The notes under the pieces: generated by a model
Seen by the model: only the letters and a program-made list of their open reading frames with translations
Database searches by the model: none
What the model was told of the DNA's origin: nothing
Position numbers and translations under genes: made by a program
Assembly (NCBI GenBank): GCA_949358305.1
Contig: OX442314.1
Location: forward strand, 29,326,001-29,390,000
Source of the DNA: Strigamia acuminata
Lineage: Eukaryota
Direction of reading: 5' to 3'
DNA: 64,000 nt
Part shown: positions 31,511 to 44,823 of the stretch, piece after piece
How the letters are laid out: every line of letters begins with the position of its first letter
How positions within the stretch are numbered: the stretch's first letter is position 1

Positions 31511-34259
31511 GCCTAATTTACATTTGATCCAAAGTTTAACTCGACTTTAACCATCAATAGATGGCACTTCCCAGTCAGTTATGACGCGAAAAAGAAATAG
31601 AAATGCAATCTATCGCCATCTAGTGGCAAGATACGAAGCTACTAGCCTGATTTATTTTTTTAATTCTTACAAGAGTAAATATCTTTTTTTCCTCTAGACT
31701 GTGCGTTGAATTATTTTAATTTCTTGCGTAGATATTACTACGTTGAAACTTATGTTGAACAATCTTGAATTTTTATATTTAAAAAATTTTTCATTTATTG
31801 ATTTATTTTTTAATGAATTTTTAGATGCTTTAAATACAAATTAGAATGTTGTTGACATTCTGAGACGGTTTGACATGTGTTTTAAGCACTTAAAGCGGCG
31901 ATGACAAGGACCTTTTTTTTGTGAACTGCGAGTTTGGCATATTTTTGAAATTGGAAATGGTCTCCAGGCCCACTAATTGAGGCGTCCCTCTTATTATTAT
32001 CGAGGGTTGCCGCGCTAAAATTAAACGAGCGTCGACAGCGATGATTAAGAGACTCCTGTAATAATCGGCGGGGCGTCTGCGGGACAAATTAATTTGCATA
32101 GACCGTGCTGGGAAACCGGTAGGAAACCATTACGAGTCACTTATTGAATCCAAATTCTAAAAATTCCATTCAAAATGAATTGGAGCCCGTATGGCTTAAA
32201 AATACATTGAAATGATATTGCAGTTTATTTTAAATATTTAAAATCCATTTTTTGTCAATTTCTATTCATTTTTGGTCAATTTTTATCCATTTTTGGTCGA
32301 TTTTCATCCATTTTTGGTCGGTTTTAAGACTAAACTGTACAAAGCATAAGATTAGTGATTTGTGAGCTATATAATCTATATTGTTTTAATTCTAGCAATG
32401 AAATGATAAAAATTACAAATCATACAAAATATAACAAATAACAAATAAGTTAAGTATGGATAACACTTTATCAATTGTTTCAGAAGACAAAACGGGTCCA
32501 CCAAACCATACACAGGCTGGCATCATCACAGTTCGAGTGCTTTAGGAGAACTCACTTGTATGAGCTGTATCAGTTATTAAGTCGCTTTGGCTTTCCCATC
32601 TACTCTAAATAGCTCGGTCAATTACTTCAATGTGGCGAATGTCATCTGGTGAGCTTTAACAGTACTAATGATCTAAAAATGCGCGTTTAAGGGGCTAGCC
32701 TACCTTATTATTTTGACATGTTTTGGTCAATAGATGGTTTACGTTGTGGCATATCCGCGTAACAGTATTACTGCGTTTACATGCACGGAATATTTCAAGT
32801 GAGATGAATATTTCGTGTGCACAATTGTCATGTAAACAGGGATGACAAGGATTATTCGAGTAGTGAATAATCCCTCGCAGAAGGTTGTTTAATTCGAGGG
32901 AACTTGAACTATTTTTATTGCGCATGCGCGCATCAGTTCCGGCACCTCCCCATTGGTCGAAAACCGAAAGTGATCACGAATTATTTTCTGCATGTAAAAA
33001 CAATAATTTGATTTTTTTCTCCACTCGAATTATTCACCATTCAAAATATTCGGTGCATGTAAACGTAGTATAAGTGTATAAACCTAATGCTCGATTATCC
33101 GAACAATTAAGTTTTACGAACACTCATGTCTCCCAATTAGTTCGAATAATCGAGGTTCTACTGTATTAAGGAGTTTCATTAAATGAGCGATTAGTTGATT
33201 ACTTTGATTACTTTGATTAGTCGATTACTTGATGTGTCATGTGACTGGATTCAACCAATCCCGAGAATAATCATTTCATCGAATAAGCAACTATATGGGT
33301 GATTGCGATTTATGTGAGAAAGATCAAGGCGAGAACGGGCGCTTCGAGGCTTCAATTAGGATGAGAAGGAACGAGCCGTTGAACTGCTTCTCCATTCATT
33401 AACCTGAAGAGAAACGGTTATTTAGATAACGATCTTTTCTCACCTTCATTTAAAGTGGGAGTCAACCGAAGGCACGGAAAGAAACAGTGTTAAATGTTTA
33501 GCTTTATCAAAACCATCAATTTTTTGCTATAAACTTGCAAAACTGTGAGTGCCATCGTGTCTGGCGCCTGGTAACAAGCGTTGAGGCTGGACCACCTGTG
33601 AGGTTTCAGGTGGTTTTTAGTCCGTTTTATCCCCTTGAAAATTTTCCACGCACGACTTAAATCTCGTTCCCAACCGAAACTTTATTTTTATTTTTTTTAT
33701 TTTTTTATTTTGTACACAATTTGAACGTTTTTTTTTTTATATTGTTCATTAGAAATGCACATCATGCGAGACCTATTTTCCATTCCCCTCACTTTGGGCT
33801 TTGTGTTTTGTACATAGGCCACGGTTGAATAGGGATATTAAATCGTGTCTTTTGTTGCGTCTGGACAGATTTAGTGTGTGTGCTCGTCGGGGTTGTCAAA
33901 TGTTTTGGGATTATTTGCTATCGGCGACTGTAAAGTTTGGAGTTATGGCGTTTATGGGTGGGTGTCTTTTAGAAAGGTGTTTGTTGTGACCGGAACAAAA
34001 TGTTATGTGGGTTCGCATCACTTATGTAGTGAGAGTTGGTATTAAATTAAAGATAGAATATAAATACATTGTATACACAAAAACAGGACTCGTTGTACAA
34101 AGATATTCAAGAAAGTCAATTTGTTTTTATATTTTATGTAGGTATATACATAAAGCTTCGATTAATCTTTTTTGAGACTCCCAGGCGTCTATTTGAATCG
34201 AGGTGATTTTTGAGACGGGCGTTTAAGTAGATTGGTTAGAAATAAAACAATTATTTATG

Positions 34260-34810
34260 GCAATTTTTATGCCCAAAATTAGAATTTTTATGTCCATAAT
34301 TAGAATCTTTATGCCCAAAATTAGAATTTTTATGCCCAAAATTAGAATTTTTATGCCCAAAATTAGAACTTTTGTGCCCAAAATTAGAATTTTAATGCCC
34401 AAAATTAGAATTTTTATGCCCAAAATTAGAATTTTTATGTCCAAAATTAGAATTTTTATGCCCAAAATTAGAATTTTTATGCCCAAAATTAGAATTTTAA
34501 TGCCCAAAATTAAAATTTTTATGCCTAAAATTGGAATTGTATGCCCAAAACTCGTATTGTATGCCCAAAATTAGAATTTTTATGTTCAAAATTGGAATTG
34601 TATGTCCAAAACTCGTATTGTATGCCCAAAAATTAGAATTTTTATGCCCAAAATTGAAATTGTATGCCCAAAACTTGTATTTTATGCCCAAAACTTGTAT
34701 TTTATGCCCAAAACTGGAATTTCATGCCCAAGACTGGAATTTTATGCTCAAGACTGGAATTTTATGCCCAAGACTGGAATGTTATGCACACAACTGGAAT
34801 TTTATGCATA
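34260..34810. repeat. 20-21 bp minisatellite (TTTATGCCCAAAATTAGAATT)
   Basis: Visible tandem array. Confidence 0.92.
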
Positions 34811-34885
34811 AATCTGGACCTATCAGGCCCAAAAATTGAAATTTATGCACTCTTGATGCCAAAATTTGATGATTTTGAACTTAAA

Positions 34886-35068
34886 GTCGAAACTCTTTAT
34901 AACGAATCGCAAGGGACCTAAAAAATCGATTTGTTATAACGAGAATTCGTTATATCGAAAATTTTTAACATGGTGTTCTATGGCCAGCCAACCAAACCGG
35001 CCATTTTCAGGTATTCGTTACATCGATAATTCGTTATATCGCGATTCGTTATAAAGATTTTCAACTGT
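34886..35068. mobile_element. pogo/Tigger-like MITE (CAGTCGAAAC..TTATAACGAA family), degenerate left end
   Basis: Inverted ends; same family as 43207-43347 and 43435-43549. Confidence 0.7.
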
Positions 35069-35490
35069 ATATGTCTGCCACCATCATCAGTGGTGCATTA
35101 CAATACGATCACATACAGGACACTCGCCATAGGCCGCCCCAGATTTCTCGGAACCCTATTTCAGTTGAACAGTTTACCAAAAATAAAAATATAAAATAAA
35201 ATAAACACTTTGACGTCCATTTGATGGTAGTGCCCACGGCCCCTCCGAGCATATGATGCGCCTCTGTCCATTGTTAATATCAACTATTCTGACCAGGGTA
35301 AACTAAAAACTACAAAGAATTTTTTCGCGAAATAGGATATTTGGCACGGCTATACTCTGTACAAACATGAAATTGAATTTAAAATAACAGTTAATTTTTT
35401 TTATATCCTTCCTCTTTCCTTTTTCATCTCTTTATATCCGAGATAAAACAAAATGTGTGAGCTGTGTGTCCTCGGGCGATGTAAAAACAC

Positions 35491-38400
35491 TCAAATGAGA
35501 TTGGTAGGCATGTAGGGAGAAGACGCTGCTGCTGATCCTTTGGCGCCTCTTGAGCCACCTTGGCTGGACTCCAGACATTCAGGAACCAAGCACATGAATT
35601 TGCCATCACTCGCTTCTACCTGAGGTGACGAGAACGAAAAGAAACAAGAAAGAAAATTAATTCTGAAAGCACGGTGATGATTTTTTACTAGCTGCATTCA
35701 AAAACTCTAAAACGTATGCAAAACTCGTTTCGTGTTTGTACGTGACGTCATTCCCATTGAATAACATTCCCATGTTATTCAATGGGAATGACGTCACGTA
35801 CAATCGGGAAACAAACTTTCCGTAGTTTATTGATTAAGAGTCGCCCTCGAATTGTAGCCGCCCTCGAATAGTAGCTGCGGCTGAGACACCAAGAATACCA
35901 TATTTTTGCAAAAGTACGGTATTGTTTCCGTATTTAACCTCAAGAACGATGAACCCACGCTTCGTTCATAACGTTCAGACTTCGTTTGTTACATTAAACA
36001 AATGTAACAAACGAAAAACCGACATTGTAATTGCTGACAAAAATGGCAGTTTTGAATAAAAGCCGCGGCTCTTAATCGATAAAATAAGGTATATTTTTAA
36101 TTTAACTGATCAATTAGTACAATACAAGTTGCTACCGGTAAGGATGACAGCTCTGAGATGTGACGTCAGGTTTTAATGACGTCATCATTATGCATTCAAA
36201 GCCAGAAGTATTTTATTAAACCATTTAATGTTGATAAAAGTTTACAAAAGAGCAATTTGTGCGTTTACAGTTTCTGTTTTTAGCGTTTACGTAGTTACTA
36301 CTGGGTGGTTGAAATAAAACCGGCCCGAGTTTTTGACGATCCGAGCTGGTGTTCTCGAGATATTTGCGATTTTGATCAATTTTTGTCCCAATTCGCCAGG
36401 TTTGATTGCACTAGTCATTCCTGAATTTCAGATTGTGGTACTTTTTGAATTTTTTTCAGCAGTGATTTTGTGTAGCTCTTCAGACGTAACAGTGCAAGAT
36501 TTTGTAAAATCTATCTAGATTTTATAAGATTTTGCCACATTTTGAGAGATTTTTGGCACATTTTGAGAGATTTTGGCACATTTTGAGAAATTTTGCCACA
36601 TTTTGAGAGATTTTGCCACATTTTGTGAGATTATATTCAAAGTAAAGTGGTATGGTACCAAAAAAAAGTGGTACAGTTACAATACCACTACCAGGAGATG
36701 CAGTATTTTTTTAAAAGCACAGCAGTGTATCTGTACCAGTACCGCTGAAGAAATCCACAAAAGTGTCACAAAAATCTGAAATTCAGGAATGACTAGTGCA
36801 ATCAAACTTGGCAAATTAAACAAAAATTAACGAAAAATGTAAACATCTCGAGAACGAAAGCCCGGATCGTCAAAAACTAAACACCAAACGAAAGACCGGA
36901 AAAACCTGCACCAGAAACGTTAATTAAACAACACTGCCCACAACTAATGATTAATATATATTTAATTGAACAACGTATACATTTATTTTGACACACCCTT
37001 AAGTAACCCTCCTTGTATCGTCGGGCAGGTTTTATTTGTGCCACCTGGCAAAACCTTCCTGCAGCTACTGTCAACGTTTGCATTCTATTTAATTCCTTCA
37101 ACCTCTCCGCACCTATTTATCACGATACACAGCAATTGGGGTCTAATCAGGTCTTTGGTCGACGCCCTGCCCATCGGGCCTTGGAACAGGACCAGCCACG
37201 CGTCTTTAGGCCTGCAGGGGGAGCTGCACCGAACGGAAAAGGGACTCGCAATAAGGGGTGCTTTCGAAACGCCACGCCCCGTCAACGTCTTGATTGGAAC
37301 GCCAAACAAGCGCTCATGAATCTTAGCTAGAAGCGGGAGCCGAGTGGAAAACGCGCGCGCCGCGTTCATTCTCTCGATCGAAGAGCCTATTTCATGGGGG
37401 ATCGAGCTTGTTGACCCGTTCAATGCACCCGGGGTTTGTGAATCAGAAATGAACGCCCAGGGCACCCTTGGGCCTTGATGAATAGACGCTGCGCGGAGCC
37501 AGATGTTGCTAATATCTCCCCAAAACGACAACTTCTCTTTGCTGACGCAGGGGGGCGAGGGGGGAGGGCGAAGGGGGAAGCGAGTAATAGCTGCAGCGAT
37601 CCAAGCTCCCCGCGGTGGCCACTGATGAGGCGCGCTGGACAAACGAGCGGCGCCAACCCGCGTGTAATACTTGCATTAAAAGAGGAAAAGCCGGGCGTAC
37701 AAATTGTTTTATCTCTGTTTGTATCATCCATTTGTGGAGAAAATTTGTCGTTTTAATTCGCCGGCGTCAATTAGAATACAAAGCACGCTTTGTGAGTTCA
37801 AAGGACATATTTGGAAATGTATGAAGCCGTCGAGGAGTCCCTGGAACGGAGAATGTTGCCATGCCACGGCGGAGGGGTTGTTTACGAGCTGGCAAATTAG
37901 TTGCTGAGGTAGCCGCGTTTGCCATGTGGTTGAAAAATATATTCTAGAATAAATTGCTTTTCACTTTGTGGATTTTAAAATGTGTAGCATTTTGCGGAAT
38001 TAAGTATGTTATTTTTGTATTGAATAATGCATTTCATAATTGAATAAATGGAATCATTTTTGATAAATAATGAATAATAGTATTGGGAATGCATTTTGTG
38101 ATAGATTTTGCAAATACCAATAGCATGCAAAAATGGGGGGGGGGTCGGTTATAACAACATTTATTGCCTCTTTATATAATTCATATTTTGCGTCATAACT
38201 TAGCAAAATATCGCAGAGTTCGAAGTTTGTTCACTTTTAGGAGTGAACTTGAACGAAGTTCGCGTTCACCATGTTTGATGATGAAAACGTTGCAAAAATG
38301 TTAGTTTAAATGTTTAGATGATGTTTTCATCATCAAAACATTCATTTCTAAACTCTTTTTACAACGAAAACAGCCATGAAAGCGATGAAAACGACTGCTT

Positions 38401-41400
38401 TACCAAAAAAAAGTTTGTTTTTTTTGTCATCTGCAATCCACAAAATGCAACAAAAAACATTTATTCACTGCCTGATGTCCTTACTTGACGGCGGCCATTA
38501 CGAGTAAATCTACGAACTTTGCCCACTGGTTTGCGCTAAATTTCCCTTTGCGCAAACTTAAGACAAATTAATTATTACATCTAGAATTAATTCGTGACAA
38601 TTTTAATTTCTAAAAAAAAAATCTAAAAATGAACGTAAACTTTTGATTCAAGTTCATGAACTTGAACTTAGTTCACTTCGAAAAAAGTTTCGGTGAACGC
38701 AAACACAAACGCATTCACAGGTCATGAACACGAACTTGAACAATTCGGTTTTATCAAATGAACACCCACGTTTACCAATCAGTTCGGATAATCGAGGCTC
38801 TACCGTAACTACATATTATTTAATTTCACTTTGTAAAGTGCAACAGCTGGCAGAAGTGCAAGACATGCGAACTAACTTACGCGCCGCCGTAAAATCTAAA
38901 GTTCATATCTCCGAAAGTTCATAACTCGAATGTTCATACGTAGGGAACTTGCAGTATACGGGTTTTTCATGGCTGGGGAGAGGAAAAAAGGGGGAAAACC
39001 GATGGGGAGGGGCAATGAGAATGACTTCCCTTCCTTCCGTCGCTGTTGGGGAGATTATGATAGATGGACGAGGGCCAAAAGCCGATAGCTTGTCACTCTA
39101 ACCCCCCCCCCATCCCCCCTCTTCCCTCGCGAGTTAGCTTTTTATGATCTGGTACAGAATTGACGCCATGTCTTGCTTAATTGGCGACAGAGACCCTTTG
39201 AGAGCATCTTTTGTCGTCCGTAAATGTGACGTTTGAGTGACGGGTGCAATTTTGCGTTAATTGGCTCTTTTTATTTTTTTTTATTTTAAATTTTTGTTTA
39301 AATTTTTGGAAAATTAATTGCGGCTTTATTGGTTGTCTCACCTGAGTGACTTTCTTGCAGGGGAAGCGATGCCTTTGACAGAACTGTTGCTTGGCGCATT
39401 TGCCGTACTTGCGCATGCAGGGAAAGTCGTCCGCGGTGCATTTGACACATTCCGGTTCGGGCGTCACGAAACGACACGCATTGCACGACGTGTGCTGGCA
39501 CGGATTCTGACAATCTCGTTTCCGTTCGGCGTTGTCCCTAGAGAAATACTAAAAGAGAGTGAGATTGATGTGCTGTTATTCACTATGGATGTGTTAAAAG
39601 GAGAAAAAAAGTTTGTTTTCAGAGGAGTGGACATTTGTGTTATACTGCAAAAAAGAAATCTGGACTTGTTTGGTTTATTCAATTAAAATATTTTGGTGAC
39701 GAAATCGCCGGATCAAGATGATGTTAATATCGGGGTTTTGGAAGTAGAGGTTTAATTTCTCTATTGCGAACACCGTTTTAACGAATTACTCGTTATAACG
39801 AGTTTTTTTTTTTTTTGTTGTCCGCCATATTTCTCGCACGTTGAATAATTTTTAAGAACTTTTGTTATTACGAAATTTTACTATAACGAACCGGAAATGC
39901 ATTATAAATATGCAAATACCTCATTTCCTGTGGCAAATGGCCTCATTTTCTGATGTTTTGATGTTTTTAAGTGTTTTCTCATGTTTTTGACGTTTTTAAA
40001 GTGCTTTCTCATGATTTGGACGTTTTTAAAGTGTTTTCTTTTGATTTTGACGTTTTTAAAGTGTTTTCTCATTATGATGCATTTTGATGCACATTGGAAC
40101 TGAGAAAATATACAAAAAATGCGGGATTCTTAAGAAAATATATTTAAAAACGTCAAAATCATGAGAAAATACAGTTAAAAACGTCAAAATCACGAGGAAA
40201 TACACTTAAAAACGTCAAAATCACGAGAAAATACAATTAAAAACGTCAAAATCACGAAAAAATACACATAAAAACCTCAAAATTATGTTCGTAATAGCGA
40301 GGTTCGACTCGTAACAATATTTTTTGAAATCGATTTCTGTTGGAGGGATTTGCATATCTGGCATCGTTGCAGAGAAACGGGCAAAAAACAGAAAGTGCAT
40401 TCACATTTTTAGTTTTTACAGCTTTTGGTGAATCTAGACTTGTTTAATTAACCCTTTTGCTTTCTACAAAACGAAAACAAAACCTTTAAATTTAAATTTC
40501 AAATTAACACCACGTGAAACCGACATTTGTGTCTTTTCATAACTTCGAGATTTTTGCCGAAAAACTTGAGAAACGTGTTTCAATTCGGAGCAAAATTGTC
40601 GCAGCTATTGCGAAATAAAATTGCAATTCTAGCAATTGAAACATCTGCCGGAGCTCACGTGACGCTCGAAGCTCCCGTTGCTCTCGATTGTCTCTCTCTC
40701 TCTCGTATTTACTCGTGGCAATTCAGTGGCAAAGAATTGATTACGGATGATTAAAATCGCGCCTTGTCAACTCTACGGATCCCAGACTGCTGCGGGTGGC
40801 GATAAACTTTGTTTATCTCATCCGGGTATCGGGCATTATGTCAGGTTCTCAAACCCCTTTAATAAGCCTCGAAATCTGGTCGGGCAAAAAATATTGCATA
40901 AAACATCTGGCGTGTTTTAAATTATTTTTCTGGTTAATTTAATATCCAATTAGGGGATTAAAATTTAATTGGCGCGTGGATATTTTGTGACGGTTTAATC
41001 CAAAGAGATAAAAATTATTTTTTTGCCAGTTTTGAAGTACTGTAGTGACGTTCAACGCAATAAATATCATCTTGCTTCAGTTTGCTGCGACCGTTTAAAT
41101 ATTAATGATGAAAAAGAAAGGGGGAGAAAAAAAGTGCACTTTTCATTGAAAATTTATCAAAAGAAACTGAAAAATAGACAACACGCCCAATTGTGTTTTT
41201 ACACGGTTGAGGAAAGTAAATTCAGTTTTGTTTTCACTTTTTATACGATTTCTTTTGATTTAACACGTAAACTTTAATTGAAGTAACGGGCGCGATGATA
41301 ATAAGTAAAGCTGCTATTTTTGCGGGTTTAAAACGGCGTAATTGCGGGCGGAAAGCGGATCAAAAAACGGCCCTTTTGCGGACGCATTGCGAGTTATTGC

Positions 41401-44161
41401 GGGCTCATTTTTGCGGGTAAATAACAATTTTTGGTCCAAAAGATGAATTTTTGGTCCAAAAGATGAATTTTTGGTCCAAAAGATGAATTTTTGGTCCAAA
41501 AAATGAATTTTTGGTCCAAAAGATGAATTTTTGGTCTAAAAGATGAATTTTTGGTCCAAAAGATGAAATTTTGGTCCAAAAGATGAATTTTTGGTCCAAA
41601 AGATGAATTTTTGGTCTAAAAGATGAATTTTTGGTCCAAAAGATGAAATTTTGGTCAAAAAAGATGAATTTTTGGTCCAAAAGATGAAATTTTGGTCTAA
41701 AAGATGAATTTTTGGTCAAAAAGATGAATTTTTGGTCAAAAAGATGAATTTTTGGTCAAAAAGATGAATTTTTGGTCAAAAAGATGAATTTTTGGTCAAA
41801 AAAGATAATTTTTGTTCAAAAAAAAGAATATTATTTTTGCGAGTCATCCCTATTATTCGCCAATTGCGGATTTTCCGCAAAATTTCGGTACTACGATCCG
41901 ATTGCGGAAAATCCTCAGAATGCAAAAATTTTGGTGTCAAAAGCTCCATTTGCCCTATCCGCAAGTATGGAAACCTTTTAAACAACATTTATTTTCCTAA
42001 AAAACAGCAGCTTTAATAATAAGGTTGCGCTTTACTAATTTACTGCTAATTAACCTTTAAAAAAATCAACAAATTAATTTTCAATGTAATTAATTGCCGT
42101 TTCAAAATCCACTTCACAACTCGTAAATCCACATCTAGTTACCCGATTTACACCACTCTGTGGACATTAACTCATCATCTGGTTTAACTTGCACATTTTA
42201 ATTATATTTTCCTCTTATTTGGCGAAATCTCCCTCCGCGGTTTTGTCACTGCACCTGAGGGAAGCGCGGCACGGCTTGAAATTAGATCAGACGTTGTGCG
42301 AAGAAGTTCTCTTTAAATTTGCTGGACAAAACGCGATTTCTATGGGATTGGGGCGTTGTGTGTACTCGGCCTGATGGAATTTGCTCCACAAAAGAACCCC
42401 AGGTTAGCGCGTTGGTCGTTGAGGTGTCGGTTTCGTCCAACGGATCTCGTCTGTGTGTGAAATCAATCATTTTGCGCACCTGGCTGTTGGTTTTGACTCA
42501 TCCAAGTCGATATCAAATCACCAACTCGTTTCACGCGCATTTGATTTGATCGATGTCATCAAAGCGGTGGAAACGAGATTTGTCGATAATTCGATCCGGG
42601 TGTTTGTCGAACGCGACGAAAAGAGATTTTGATGTAGAATTAACTTGTTTACTGTCGATTTAACGGAACGAGGTTTTATCGTGAAAAAAAATTGTTTTAG
42701 GACAAAAGTGGAGGAAATTACAGTCGAGCCTCGTTATAACGAAACGCAAGGGACCCGAAAAATCTGTTCGTTATAACGAAAGTTCGTTATATCAAAATTT
42801 TTTAACATTGGCCAAGAATTTTTTAAGTATTCGTTATAACGAAAATTTATTATATCCCGGTTCGTTATAATGAGGTTGTGACACACTTTTGAAGTTTAAA
42901 ATTGATCAATGTCATCCCGGTTTACGGTATAAAGAAAAAAAATGCTCGTTGTTAAGTGATTCGATCATTTTCTTAAGAAACTCGAGGAATGAAGTGAAGT
43001 TGATTGAGTTGTTGATTCAAGCGAGTGCTTGTCTGTTGGCAGTGATGAAGCAAAACGGAACTAGGAATTGCTCTCCAGCAGGCAAAAATCGCGCAAAGAT
43101 GCGTTTGACAGGTGTCCAAACCATTGTCACATGAAAGAACATTTCAGACACCCCAAAAAATTTAAAAAAGATACCCATATGGTTCGCAAACTTATTTTAC
43201 AAAATACAGTCGAACCTCGTTATAACGAATAGGTAAAAATGTCCCATTTGGTTGTTTGGCCATAGAACATTGTTACAAAAAATTCGTCATAACGAATTAT
43301 CGTTGTAACAAACCGATTTTATGATTCGTTATAAGGAGTTTCGACTGTATGTTGTCATTCACAGCTCTTTGTTCGTAGATGGGTCGCCGTTACAAATAAA
43401 TACATACATGTATGTTGTCATTTGCAAACCAATACAGTCGAAACTCTTTATAACGAATCGCGATATAAAAAATTTCGATATAACGAATTCTCATTATAAC
43501 GAATCGATTTTTCGGGTCCCTTCCAATTCGTTATAAAGAGTTTCGACTGTAGCACACAAAAATGCATTTTCGTAAAAATACATTGAGAAAGAAGCTTAAA
43601 GAAAATAAAATGTCTTACAGGCTTGCGCAAATTGCTTTTGGATGTTTTAGGCAAAATTCGGGCGTGCACTTGGGTTGGCAGAAAGCTGCGTGACCCTGGT
43701 CCGAATTGAACACCTCGGGAGTCACTAAAAATAAGAAAATGGGAATTAAAAATTAAAAAAAATTTTTTTTTGAAATAAATGCGAATTTTCTTACGTTTTT
43801 TGCACTTTCCTTTCTCGTTGTGATAGAGGAGCATTTTGCCGTCGTTGGTTTGGTGATGCCAAACTTGATTCTCGTGGATCTGGCAATAGTGGCCTCGATC
43901 ACAGCGACCCAGGTAATTCCAGTGACCTCCGCACGTCTCGCCGTCGACGCGGGCGCACACGGGGCAGCAGCGGCACACACCCAACGTGACTCCGCCGCGA
44001 CATTTGAGGCGTTCGGCGCGACGCGGCACGCAGTGGATCTGGTCGCACGAAGGGCACTGAAGACCGTCGACTTCGCCGCTCAAAGTGCAGTCACAAGTGC
44101 TTGCAAGTACGAGGACGAGGAGAGCGGCAAGGAACGCCATCCGTGGCCCGTCTCCTCCCAT
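35491..44161 (-). CDS. Secreted IGFBP-domain protein with a 16-Cys C-terminal domain (265 aa); exons 44161-43795, 43724-43619, 39537-39342, 35619-35491
   Basis: Signal peptide and 12-Cys IB domain (CPSC..C..C..GVCRCCPVCA..CGG..GRC..C..C). Three GT-AG introns (phases 1, 2, 0) join in frame to 798 nt. Alternative start ATG at 44140. Confidence 0.85.
36329..36878. mobile_element. Non-autonomous DNA transposon with ~100-bp imperfect inverted repeats and internal 21-bp tandem repeat
   Basis: TTTGATTGCACTAGTCATTCCTGAATTTCAGATT / AATCTGAAATTCAGGAATGACTAGTGCAATCAAA. Confidence 0.7.
39950..40290. repeat. Inverted pair of ~30-bp tandem arrays (foldback-like MITE interior)
   Basis: TTTTGACGTTTTTAAAGTGTTTTCTC units mirrored by GAGAAAATACA..TAAAAACGTCAAAA units. 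Confidence 0.75.
41426..41815. repeat. 20-bp minisatellite (TTTTGGTCCAAAAGATGAAT)
   Basis: About 19 tandem units. Confidence 0.95.
43207..43347. mobile_element. pogo/Tigger-like MITE, TA TSD
   Basis: TA-CAGTCGAACCTCGTTATAACGAAT ... ATTCGTTATAAGGAGTTTCGACTG-TA; a relative lies at 42721-42880. Confidence 0.85.
43435..43549. mobile_element. pogo/Tigger-like MITE, TA TSD
   Basis: TA-CAGTCGAAACTCTTTATAACGAAT ... ATTCGTTATAAAGAGTTTCGACTG-TA. Confidence 0.88.
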
Positions 44162-44618
44162 TTCTCGTGCCACGTGCTGTGGTGTGCGGCTGGGGGTCGA
44201 CTGGTTCGATGGCGCATGCGCGTTAGTTTACTCCAGGAGCGTCCTCCTATCAGCTCAAAGGAATATTTCACTTTTAAAAATTTTTATGAAAGTTTTGGAC
44301 TGGTTTTATCAAGCATTACAAAAATTGGTTTCTGAGGTTTTCATAAATTTATTTAATTTCTTATAAAAATATTTAGGTTACTAACTCGTATTATAAGCGC
44401 ATACACCATTTATTACAAAAATGACGCCTTAAAATGGGGGGGTCGTATTATACACAGGGTCCACCACGCCCCCCATCCCTGTAACACCCATGTTCTTCCG
44501 AAAATTTAGGAACAACAAGGGCGGAGTGGCACGTCGACCTCCCCTAGAGTTTCCTGCCGAGATCATTCTCAGATGACGGATGGTCCAGGTAGCGACTACG
44601 GGATCCGAGGGTCGTGTA

Positions 44619-44823
44619 CAGTCGTGGACAAAAAAAAAACTTCCCTTCAGTTTAGCTGTTTTAATTTCATCTACCAGGTGGCATGAAAATCCATCGAGAT
44701 CCAATGACATCAATCCAGACCCGGTCTCTCGTCTTGACCTGGCAACAGTATTAAAAGATAGACCGGGCAAATAATGATGGATAAACTTAAAACAGCTAAA
44801 CTGAAGGGAAGTTTTTTTTTGTC
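44619..44823. mobile_element. Tc1/mariner-like MITE
   Basis: TA-CAGTCGTGGACAAAA left end; ~37-bp inverted repeat GACAAAAAAAAAACTTCCCTTCAGTTTAGCTGTTTTAA; right end truncated. Confidence 0.75.

Noticed and set aside
34223..34921. Periodic ORFs (MPKIRIF / GIKILIL) and similar ones at 41314-42016
   Set aside because: Stop-free satellite translations.
37615..37665. Hammerhead-like CTGATGA followed by a GGCGC...GCGCC stem
   Set aside because: No GAAA after stem II and no convincing stems I/III.
37013..37907. Cluster of overlapping 67-185 aa ORFs
   Set aside because: Expected from locally high GC; no motifs and no consistent splice signals.
41426..41815. Possible CRISPR-like array
   Set aside because: Contiguous tandem units with no unique spacers, in a eukaryotic context with no cas genes.
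43448..43794. C-terminal half of the 241-aa ORF 43448-44173
   Set aside because: Read-through into intron and MITE sequence; the true exon 2 uses another frame.
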